Below the pieces are notes generated by a model. The model was not told the DNA's origin. It ran no database searches and was given only the letters and a program-made list of their open reading frames with translations. From Octopus sinensis (taxonomy: Eukaryota), in contig NW_021835906.1 of assembly GCF_006345805.1 (NCBI RefSeq), positions 1 to 37,581 on the forward strand: 37,581 nucleotides of DNA, read 5' to 3'. Each line of letters starts with the position of its first letter. Within the stretch, counting starts at the first letter, position 1. This document shows positions 1 through 9,115 of this stretch, piece after piece. The translations under genes were made by a program, and so were the position numbers.

Positions 1-127
1 TGCCTATCGCTAAGGGGGTGCAACGGATGGCACTACTGCCCCTTCTCTATTCAATAGTGCACCCTCAGATTTATAGGGATTCGCCTATTTCGAAACTCCC
101 CATTTAGTATTATTACAAATTAGTGCA

Positions 128-322
128 AGACGGCGAGATGGCAGAATCGTTAGCACGTCGGGCGAAATACCGCTACGTTCTGAGTTCAAATCCCACCGTG
201 GTCGACTTTGCCTTTCAGCTTTTCGGGGGTCTATAAATTAAGTACCAGTGGAACACTGGGGTCGACTAGTCCCCTCCCCTCTCAAATTTCAGGCCTTGTG
301 CTTTTAGTACAAAGGATTATTA
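128..322 (+). mobile_element. tRNA-derived SINE, family A monomer
   Basis: Head GGCGAGATGGCAGAATCGTTAGC (A-box-like) and GAGTTCAAATCC (B-box). Same core as copies at 4078, 18581, 22501, 35751 and 36678. Ends in AAAGGATTATTA. Confidence 0.85.
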
Positions 323-398
323 CAAGTTAATACCCGTCCAGAATATTCTGAAGCATCTCCCCCACCCCACCCCAGGCACGAAAGTCTGGCGATGGACC

Positions 399-475
399 TG
401 CTTCTACTATAGCCCCAGATCTACCAAAGCCTTGCGGGAAAATGTGGTAGACAAAAACTGTGCAAGCCCATCGTA
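399..475 (+). mobile_element. degenerate SINE family B fragment
   Basis: CTTCTACTATAGCCCCAG..ACCAAAGCCTTG..TGGTAGAC matches the family B 5' body (e.g. 19760-19830). Confidence 0.5.
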
Positions 476-510
476 CACACACACATATATATGGATATAT
501 ACATAGTAAA

Positions 511-768
511 GGCGCAACGCTTAGTGGCAAGGCGTGTTAGACTCATGATCGTAAGACTGTGGTTTCGATACCTGAACCGGGCGACAAGTTGTGTTCTTGA
601 GCAAAACACTTCATTTCTCGTTGCTCCACTCCACTCAGCTGGCAAAAATGAGTAGCGCTGCGATGGACCGGCGTCCCGTCCAGGCGGGGAATATATACAC
701 CATTGAAACCAGGAAACCGGCCCTCTTGAGCCTGGCATGGCTCGAGAAGGAAACGTTTATTATTATTT
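511..768 (+). mobile_element. tRNA-headed SINE with a Meta-domain-like core
   Basis: A-box-like GCTTAGTGG and B-box-like GTTTCGATACC, then GTGTTCTTGAGCAAAACACTT and GCGATGGACCGGCGTCCCGTCCAGG (resembles the MetaSINE core, from recall), and an (ATT)n tail. Confidence 0.6.
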
Positions 769-797
769 TTATATGCATACGCGCGCGCGCACAGACA

Positions 798-1153
798 CTG
801 CACAGTTGTGGAAATTAGCTTCCCAGTGGATGTTAACATAAAGCTGAAAATCAGTGAAAAAGAGAATACCTATGCTGAACTATTTGAGAAGTCTGCAGTT
901 ACTCTATCCAGATTACAAGTTCAGGTTTATATCTGTAATTACTGGGACCATGGGATATGTAACACTGCCTAAATACCAAACTCGAGAAATTAGGCTTCTC
1001 AAAAAAGCTAATTCGAAGACTACAGATCCAGTTCATCACTGGAACTGTAAAAATCTATAAAACTTTCCAGAAGTTTATCATTTAAATATATATGAGCATG
1101 TCTAGATATGTAACTATATGCATGAGAATACATACATAAAGTAAAACATATAA

Positions 1154-1157
<4 letters not shown>
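798..1157 (+). mobile_element. 3' fragment of an RLE-type (R4-like) non-LTR retrotransposon, frameshifted
   Basis: Translates as CTVVEISFPVDVNIKLKISEKENTYAEL / LRSLQLLYPDYKFRFISVITGTMGYV ... GTVKIYKTFQKFII*, matching the D-x-x-x-P..K..EK..Y..L RLE motif. Homologous to 26246-26630. Confidence 0.75.
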
Positions 1158-1238
<81 letters not shown>

Positions 1239-1470
1239 AACAAAAAATACCCTGTTGTTGATATTGAAATCTCAATGAAGGAACCTTGAATCTAGGTTAG
1301 AAACCGGCTCTTCCTCCATTGGCAAGAACTCTTGCAATAAATTGGATAATGACATACACACACATACACACACATACACGCATGCAGACACACACACATG
1401 TCGTCATAGTAGTTCATATGTTCGAAAACGAAGCACACTCTAAAACGATAGAGCAGTAATATATCTTTTT

Positions 1471-1630
1471 AGGTAGTTAAATGTTACGGCTGGGCCTAGA
1501 GCAACCATTGGTTTCGCACTTCTGAAGCACTTCGGCCATTTAAGTCTGACGAATCGCCTATACCGGTAAAGGTTTTATAGGTGCGAAACCGATGGTCACT
1601 CGATGATCAGCCATATGAATTAACTTTCCT
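1471..1630. mobile_element. palindromic MITE-like element
   Basis: Degenerate ~50-bp inverted arms at 1471-1521 and 1579-1630 (core ACCATTGGTTTCGCAC / GTGCGAAACCGATGGT). Confidence 0.6.
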
Positions 1631-1650
1631 CTGTGTGTGTGTGTGTGTGT

Positions 1651-1915
1651 TTGCCCAGGTTTTGATCGAAGGTGATGGGATCTTTCTCTTCTTTGATATG
1701 TTTTGGGATAATGTTAAATAGTGCAGGATATCTTGAGATAAAGAAATTGCATTGCATTTAATTTATGTGCTATGGGTCTGAATTGTGTTGGGGACGTATA
1801 ACAAGGTACCTCAGTCTTGGAGAAATTTTGAATCTAATGTTAAGGTCATTTGGGGTCAATGCTGAGGATATACTCCCCACATTGTGAAAATTATCTAGTG
1901 TTCACGGCGGCGTTG
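1651..1915 (-). mobile_element. decayed 3' end of a CR1/L2-group LINE ORF
   Basis: Minus strand translates ...PALFNIIPKHIKEEKDPITFDQNLGK, fitting the P-x-LFN-x-LP...FK-x-x-LD-x-F C-terminus of these LINEs. Confidence 0.5.
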
Positions 1916-1956
1916 GGGAGAATAAAGTGGAGAGAATAAAAGGACCAATGCTTCAA

Positions 1957-2073
1957 CCACACTCGGAGGTCAACAGTTTGAAGACCTGCATCGTGCGTAC
2001 GATACGCAAAATCAAAAACTTTCGTTCTCGTGTGGAAGCAGTAATTGCCCAAAAGAGCGACCATATTGAGTGA
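1957..2073 (+). pseudogene. C-terminal fragment of a Tc1/mariner transposase
   Basis: PHSEVNSLKTCIVRTIRKIKNFRSRVEAVIAQKSDHIE* matches the typical FRxRxEAVIxxxGxHIE* end of IS630-Tc1-mariner transposases. Confidence 0.7.
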
Positions 2074-2952
2074 TAAATAGTTTTGTTGTAATAAATCTTA
2101 CATTAAAATTATATCAGTTTTCTACTATTATTTTAGCATTCCTTGAATTTATCTGCAAGATCCAATATATATTATATTCATATATATATATAAGCAGTAA
2201 TATACATCTGGAAATTTTTAGAATACTAGGCAATGAACCAGTAATTCATTGGATATTACTATCTCTTAATGAGGCTATTTTAACCTCTCATTGAATTGTG
2301 TGTGTGTAGTGGCTTCATGTAGGCATAGCGTGGATTCGATCCTCGATAGCCAAATTTCACTTAACAGTTCAACAGTACTTTTCTCACGGTAAAACAATAG
2401 CTTTTCCGTGAGTGACAGCAGTTACCTTTGCCAGATGCCTTCGCTAAGCAGAATAATGTCTTTGCCACTTGACCCTTCCAGGCCACCAAAAGCTAGAAAA
2501 GAGATAACAGACGGCCAACGAAATCTATCGTTCTCAACAATATGTCTATCTGTCGGGTTGGTTTTGGATAGTTACAAAAACAAGAACTCCTGGCTGACCG
2601 GCTGAACAAAACGCTATCTGTAAAGGAAAAGGCACAGAGGTACAACTATGGTAACTCACCAATGAAGCAGTTGTTTCGTCCCACCACTCTCACTTTCACG
2701 AACTCACTTTCTTTTCTCTGTAACATGACCATCTCTCTCAATATATATACTACTATGAAATCGTGTACACACAAATACAGGCCGAAATTAACTGTCTCTA
2801 CCTTTCATGCTTTACGAACTGTATTATACTATTACACTAGTCTATCCGTCGTGGTATGGCATATATTAAAGTAACGATATATAAATATTTATTTACATAT
2901 GTTCTTCTTTCACATCTTACAACATGCAGTTGTAATAAAACCTTGCCGTTAT

Positions 2953-3011
<59 letters not shown>

Positions 3012-3012
3012 C

Positions 3013-3252
3013 AATTGCAGCATGGAAGGTATTTGTAAGCCATTCAGGGACACCCAAAAACCGTTAGTTTCACTTATAATATAATTTTGATTTGTGTCAA
3101 AATATTTTCGTCCCTTTGAAACCGCGACCTGCCTACAGTGAACAAGTCGCGGTTTCAAAGCGAGAAAAATATTTTTGACACAAATGAAAATTAAATGCTG
3201 AAGTGAAACCAACGGTTTTTGTGTGTCTTTGAGTGGTTTCCACGCTGCAGTT
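3013..3252. mobile_element. long imperfect palindrome (foldback/MITE-like)
   Basis: Nested inverted blocks: CTTTGAAACCGCGAC/GTCGCGGTTTCAAAG (perfect, 17-nt loop at 3129-3145), ATTTGTGTCAAAATATTTT/AAAATATTTTTGACACAAAT, GACACCCAAAAACCGTTAGTTTCACTT/AAGTGAAACCAACGGTTTTTGTGTGTC, and TGCAGCATGGAA/TTCCACGCTGCA. Confidence 0.75.
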
Positions 3253-3311
3253 TTATTTTGTTTCAGCACACGTTCCCAGATCAAGTCACTCGCTATGCAG
3301 GTACATCTCTG

Positions 3312-3560
3312 GGATCTTTACTTTTTGACCTACAGATTTAAAAAATAATTTTTTGTAACTAAACACCTTCAAACTTCGGACACTGGTAGAATGTGTCATA
3401 TAAAACATCTTTGACTCTTGGCATTTTTGAGAAAAACTTATAATTACGAAGTAATTTCACGTTAAAGTAGTCCTATTTCGGTAATTTCAACCAATCAATG
3501 ACGTGTATTCAGCTGAATAAAATTACTGCCGTTGTTTGTCAACAACAACCATTGGCGGTG
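3312..3560. mobile_element. truncated relative of the GGATCTTT-terminated MITE
   Basis: Starts GGATCTTTAC and shares internal blocks (TAACTAAACAC, ACTGGTAGAATGTGT, AATTTCAACCAATCAATGACGT) with 5176-5590. Second end not seen. Confidence 0.6.
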
Positions 3561-3589
3561 TATTTTTCGTTTGTCACTGTTATATATAT

Positions 3590-3591
3590 AA

Positions 3592-3640
<49 letters not shown>

Positions 3641-3827
3641 CTTGTATGTCTGTGTTTGTTCCCCCCACCATCGCTTGACAACCGATGTTGGTGTGTTTAC
3701 GTCCCCGTAAATTAGCGGTTCGGCAAAATAGACCGAAATAAGTACTGGAGTCGATTTGTTCGACTAAATCCGGTGCTACAGCATGGTCGCAATTAAATGA
3801 CTGAAACAAGTAAAAGAATAAAAGAAT
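3590..3827 (+). mobile_element. SINE family B, 3' half with (TG)n
   Basis: GCTTGACAACCGATG..TTAGCGGTTCGGCAAAA..GACTGAAACAAGTAAAAGA tail. Confidence 0.8.
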
Positions 3828-3841
3828 ATATATATATATGT

Positions 3842-3955
3842 AATAAGTACCAGTTACGCACTGGGGTCGATATAATCGACTTAATCTGTTTGTCTGTCCT
3901 TGTTTGTCCCTTCTGTGTTTAGCCCTTGTAGGCAATAAAGAAATAAGAAACGTTA
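3842..3955 (+). mobile_element. SINE family A internal fragment
   Basis: TAAGTACCAGTTACGCACTGGGGTCGATATAATCGACTTAATC...GCAATAAAGAAATAAGAAACGTTA. Confidence 0.8.
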
Positions 3956-4077
3956 TATATACGCATGTATGTGTGTGCATATGTAAATGCGTACTTATTA
4001 CATACATATATATTCACTCCTACACACATACTTATATAAATATATTTACACGTGCATAAACTCCCAACTATAATACT

Positions 4078-4690
4078 CTTCCATTTTAGGCACAGGCCCG
4101 AAATTTTGGGGGAGGTGGGGACCAGTCGATTAGATCGACACCAGTACGCCAGTGGTACTTAATTTATCAACACCGAAAGGATGAAAGGCAAAGTCGACCT
4201 CGGCGGAATTTGAACTCAGAACGTAAAGACAGACGAAATATCGATAAGCATTTCGCCCGGCATGCTAACGTTTCTTATTTCTTTATTGCCCACAAGGGCT
4301 AAACGTAGAGGGGACGAACAAGGTCAGACAAACGGATTAAGTCGATTATATCGACGCCAGTGCGTAACTGGTACTTATTTAATCGACCCCGAAAGGATGA
4401 AAGGCAAAGTCGACCTTGGCGGAATTTGAACTCAGAACGTAACTGTAGATGAAATACCTATTTCATTACTACCCACAAGGGGCTAAACACTGAGGGGACA
4501 AACAAGGACAGACAAACGGATTGAGTCGATTATATCGAAGCCAGTGCGTAACTGGTACTTATTTAATTGACCCCGAAAGGATGAAAGGCAAAGTCGACCT
4601 CGGCGGAATTTGAACTCAGAACGTAACGGCAGACGAAATACTGCTAAGCATTTCGCCCGACGTGCTAATGTTTCTGCCAGCACGCCGCCT
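4078..4690 (-). mobile_element. SINE family A head-to-tail trimer
   Basis: Three tandem ~200-bp units, each containing CCGAAAGGATGAAAGGCAAAGTCGACC..GGAATTTGAACTCAGAACGT. The intact tRNA-like head is only at the 4690 end. Confidence 0.85.
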
Positions 4691-5175
4691 AATGTAGACC
4701 CGACTGTAATAATCAGCTAACTGCTTGGTAAGATTTATTGCTATTTTTGTGACGGCGGGAAACTCTTTGTTGTCGCCCGAGACAAAAAGAAAAAAAATCA
4801 CTGAAATTACTTTAGTTCAATGGTTTGTTAGAAATGTCATTTGAATAATTTTGTATTTGGTTCTCGGGTTTGTTCTCAATTTGAGCGGTGAGTGTTTGAA
4901 GTTAATAAACATTCAGAGACAGCTGAACTTGTATGCAATACAGAAAGAGTCGACCACTGTGACACGTTACCACACAGACACACAGATATGAATGCACACA
5001 TACACACATGTTATGCACACATACACGCACGAACGCACACACGCGCGCACGCACGAACGAACGCGCGCGCACAGCTCTGGATTAACCATTAAACAAGATA
5101 AGTACGTACTTACGGCATCAAGGGAGGGTGAGAGCGCCATAAAAATGGTAAATGGTTTATGGCACAAAAGAAATC

Positions 5176-5590
5176 GGATCTTTTCGGTTTGAACGGCAGT
5201 TTTTTAAAATAATTCCCACGTAACTAAACACTTTTAAACTTCGTATACTGGTAGAATGTGTTTATAAAACATCTTTTTCTCTTGGCTTTATTGAGAAAAT
5301 TCTATAGTTTGTAAGATATTTGTTGTTTTTTTCTTCAATTTCTGCAATTTCAACCAATCAATGACGTCTATTGAGGTGAAAACATTCTGTGCCGCATGAA
5401 TACGTCCCTCGTTTAAGAAACAGATTAGGTTTATTTACATTTCTGAAGAAAAAAAGATACCCTTTCCCCCACCCTAATCTTAACCCTAAAACAGATTGAA
5501 ATGCAATAGATCGATACTAGGGACATAATTATGGGTGACAATTTCATATGACACTGCTAGAAAAAACTGCCGTTCAAACCGAAAAGATCC
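5176..5590. mobile_element. MITE with 30-bp TIRs and an 8-bp TSD (Merlin-, hAT- or MULE-like)
   Basis: Perfect TIR GGATCTTTTCGGTTTGAACGGCAGTTTTTT. AAGAAATC is duplicated at 5168-5175 and 5591-5598. Confidence 0.9.
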
Positions 5591-5745
5591 AAGAAATCAC
5601 TTTAAATTTGCTAAAATAATATTCGAAGTGATTTATATGATCGGAAATCTAATTTTGAAGTGTTTATGGCGTCATAGTGACAATCTGACTTTGCAATGAA
5701 AAGAGGTAAGCGAAAATTTTTCGAAAATATCTAAAGCGGAAGTGT

Positions 5746-5838
5746 GCGTGGCTGTGTGGTAAGTAGCTTGCTTTCCAACCACATGGTTCTGCGTTCAGTC
5801 CCACTGCGTGGCACCTTGGGCCATAGTCTTCAACTATA
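5746..5838 (+). mobile_element. SINE family B, 5' part
   Basis: GTGGCTGTGTGGTAAGTAGCTTGC..GTTCAGTCCCACTGCGTGGCACCTTGGGC, cut off at a TA where the next element starts. Confidence 0.8.
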
Positions 5839-6327
5839 CAAGGTTGGCCAAAAGTCACCCGACAGTAAATCAAAATTCCATAAATACTTAATATTCAATT
5901 TTATTTATTCATTCCAATTATGAATGTTTAATAATTGAATGTTGTGAGTTAAAAATCACCGTTTTTTTTTTCTTTTTCTGGGACTCCCTTCATCGAAAAC
6001 CGGTGATTGTCGTACGCTGAAGACAGGTCAATGCCTAGAAACTGCAGTCCGTGCGTATCACTTTGGTTGACGAGGGAGGGATGACCTCCCTTTGCAAATA
6101 CCATAAGGGCACAGAAAGTGTGCCTAAAGCCAGCTGGAGACGATGTTTTCCTGGGGCTACAAGCTACAGTAACACCCACCCTTAGTGGTTAGCCATATTG
6201 AGATGGCAAGTATACCTAGCATTTTTCTATTTATTAGAAAAGTCTAATTTCTATTTTTGTTTTAATCTTGGAATAAAATGGGGGGGGGGGGCTTGATTTA
6301 CTATCAGGTGACTTTTGGCCAACCACA
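5839..6327. mobile_element. non-autonomous Tc1/mariner-type element
   Basis: TIRs GGTTGGCCAAAAGTCACCCGACAGTAAATCAA and the reverse complement of TTGATTTACTATCAGGTGACTTTTGGCCAACC (2 mismatches). TA on both sides (5837-5838, 6328-6329). Confidence 0.8.
5985..6219 (+). other. structured non-coding dispersed element, family E copy 1 (inside the Tc1/mariner-type element)
   Basis: Homologous to 8268-8511, 8626-8756 and 27486-27629. Four hairpins, no ORF and no tRNA head. Confidence 0.7.
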
Positions 6328-6370
6328 TATATAAACGTATACATGCACGCACACACTGATACATATACAT

Positions 6371-6412
<42 letters not shown>

Positions 6413-6816
6413 TCATACACACACACATATTGTAAATGTAAGGAACAAAAACAAGAAGAAACCAGAAAACAGAGGTGGAACAAGTTTTAATAAATATAGT
6501 ATTAGTTTTAATGCTTAAAACAAGGAAGGGTAAAGGCTCCAATGTTTCGGATAATTCTTCACCTGTTATATGTTGGTCTGTTTATATTGGTTTATTTTCA
6601 CACTTTTTTTTTATTTGGGTCAAACATATCGTTTTTCTTTACTTCTGTTGTTTAGAAATGTTACTTTATTATTTCGTTGCTTCCGGCTCACTTTTTTTTT
6701 CTTTAATTATACCTTAATTATACTACTAAGATAGTCATGTAGACCAAATAAAGCTAGTATAAGCGCTAAGGTATCATCTGTATTAGCTTTACTTTTCATA
6801 TTTTGCAAAATGATAA

Positions 6817-6932
6817 TGATAAATTAAGTACCAGTTACGCACTGGGGTCGATGTAATCGACTTAATATTTATGTCTGTCCTAGTTTGTCCTCTGTGTTTA
6901 GCCCCTTGTGGGTCATAAAGAAATAGGTATTT
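6817..6932 (+). mobile_element. SINE family A fragment
   Basis: GATAAATTAAGTACCAGTTACGCACTGGGGTCGATGTAATCGAC..TTTAGCCCCTTGTGGGTCATAAAGAAATAGGTATTT. Confidence 0.75.
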
Positions 6933-7149
6933 ATACAGGTATATGTCACTCACACACACGCACGCACGCACGCACACACACGCACACATGCATTATTATA
7001 TAAGAATTGTATTTTAATCATCATTTTTTGATTGTTTATATTTTGTTTGTACTTTTTTTTATTATACATAATAACCACTAAAGCCGGTATCCCTCGATTT
7101 ACACGATTTCGATTTGCAATGCGAATACTAATTCACCGTGTAAATCGAA

Positions 7150-8935
7150 AGACAACCGCGAAAGAGCATCAGATCCGGAAACTGCGTTTTTTTTTCCTCA
7201 GGAAGCAATCCGAGTGATTCAAGAATTAAAAGAAGAACCTTATTGATCAAAGATTCAAAGACTTTGGTAGCTACAAGGAAGAAGGTTGATTGGGTGGTAG
7301 TTACAAGGATCGGAATATTCACCAGTGTTTTTGGAAATAGACATACTAATAGAGACCAATTTCCAGTAAGCTGAAAAGGAAGGCATTTGAGGAAGAGATT
7401 AGACAGAACAGAAATAATTTCAGAAGAGCAATTTTGCAAATCAATAGCAGGAATATTATCAGGAATAGAAGCAGTTTAAGTGTCGACGCTAGAAATTGCT
7501 TTCGCCATAGATTTAGATGTTATACGCATGTCAGGTAAAGGAACACGGAGAAGGAAAATTCGGAACATGGCCAGATAAATCAATGTTAGAATTACTGGAA
7601 AACAACCGGAGAAAAGTGAATCTGTTTTATCTTTAGAAGTTATTACCTAATAACCACTGAAGAGAAGGAAATGCTACAGTTACCATTATTCAATATACTA
7701 CTATAAATTTTCTGAAAGTACTGTGAGTCTAGGTTCTGAAAGGCCATTTAGGTTTTGTCCGCTCAATTACTAATGAAAGGAGACGTTTATTTTGTAAAGA
7801 GCCATCACTGCGATAGAAAAGTGAAAAGTGATACCTCTGAACAATAAGAGAGACACAAGGAGGGAAAAGATTGTGGTTTAACTATCACCGATACGAAGGC
7901 GTCTACCAACCTAAGTGCAAGATACTATCTCAGAAGTTCAACTATTAGCAGCAAGAGAAAAGGAATGATGCCATGGAACATCACAAAGTAAATGTCGAAA
8001 AGAATATCAGACTCTTTGTTGATGGTTTTCAAATGAAGGATCAATGCTTGGAGGGGAGCTTAAAGAGAAACAGAGCAAAGGTAGGATCAGTCAGACACGA
8101 AGCAAAGAGGAAAGAATCATAATCGTCGTAAAGTCGATAGTGAATAAGAAAGCTGAGTGAGATTTTGAGATGGAGAGATATTTAGGACATGGGTTCCGAC
8201 AGAATCAGAGATGCTAGAAATGAGTCTACGTGATGAGTAATAAAAACGGCAGACGATAAAATATTTCATAACATAAGGGGGATCAGCCATCTGAATGTGG
8301 CTAGGGTCAGGGCGGGGTGGTGGGGGTGTTACTGATGCATTTAGCCCCAGGCGAACATCAACGTCACCAGAAGAGCCGACACCATCTCGGTGTCCTTGCC
8401 AGCCTGCAAAGGGAGATCAGCCTCCCCGAAGATACGGATACTACACACGGACCGGTTTCGAGGTTATTGCCTCTTGTCAACGTATGGTAAGCACCGCTCT
8501 TCGTTGAGGGACTTACTCTACAGGCTGGATATATAGATTTTCACAGTAACCACAGTCACTGGCGTAGAAAATCCGTTCGAAAACAATAATAAATCTCTGA
8601 GCGAGATATAAACAGTAACTGCTCTATAACATAAGGGGGATCAGCCATCTGATTGTGGCTAGGGTCAGAGCGGGGTGGTGGGGGTGTTACTGATGCATTT
8701 AGCCCCAGGCGAACATCAACGTCACCAGAAGAGCCGACACCATCTCGGTGTCCTTGATGGATAACAAGAAAAGATTTGGTAAATCTCGTCGGATACAGCA
8801 TCAATTGAAGTAATGTCTTGATGGGATGGTTTGTGATAAAGAAGAGTCAACTGGAAACGATAAAGAAATGAATCCTTTGCTACATAACAATACCGTGTCA
8901 ATGGAACATTTGTGTCCATCATTCAGAAGAGGATG
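7150..8935 (-). mobile_element. heavily decayed CR1/Jockey-group LINE (APE endonuclease to RT), interrupted at 8268-8756
   Basis: Minus-strand remnants in the expected order: LYHKPSHQDITSIDAVSDEIYQIFSCYPS | NILSSAVFITHH (GDFNxHH-like), SSISDSVGTHVLNISPSQNLTQ, LQNCSSEIISVLSNLFLKC, GEYSDPCNYHPINLL (NYRPISLL-like), KVFESLINKVLLLILESLGLL. Confidence 0.75.
8268..8756 (-). mobile_element. 489-bp insertion of family E with 131-bp direct terminal repeats
   Basis: 8268-8398 and 8626-8756 are identical except at 2 positions. The 227-bp middle holds the rest of family E plus ~115 bp of unrelated sequence. Confidence 0.8.
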
Positions 8936-9115
8936 TTCTGTCCGCCATCTTGTTATTTCTTGCGTCATTTTTATTTTAATGAAGATGGCGGACTCACAGA
9001 GCATTTGAGGTAATTTGTAGTTTCTACTACTTTGTTATACTTCAATCCCGGCATTCAGTGCTTTTATCGTTAACGAGTAATGCCGCCGGACGCTGTCTGA
9101 AATAAACGGTGTGTC

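Noticed and set aside
128-200. tRNA genes at SINE heads
   Set aside because: Only A/B-box-like motifs are present. There is no complete cloverleaf, and each runs into a SINE body.
2660-2717. VRVVGR..AFG similarity to a NEK-type kinase glycine loop
   Set aside because: The GxGxxG spacing is broken by NNCFI and the downstream residues do not fit subdomain II.
4078-4690. Regularly spaced repeats reminiscent of a CRISPR array
   Set aside because: The units are ~200-bp SINE multimers with homologous, not unique, spacers, and there are no cas genes.
6100-6180. HDV-like or twister ribozyme fit for family E
   Set aside because: The required P1.1 GG and L3 motifs (HDV) and the loop consensus (twister) are not conserved across copies.
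6535-6570. Minus-strand GTGAAGA..CCGAAACATT resembling a minimal Penelope hammerhead
   Set aside because: The first core base is wrong, stem II is absent and there is no other Penelope evidence.
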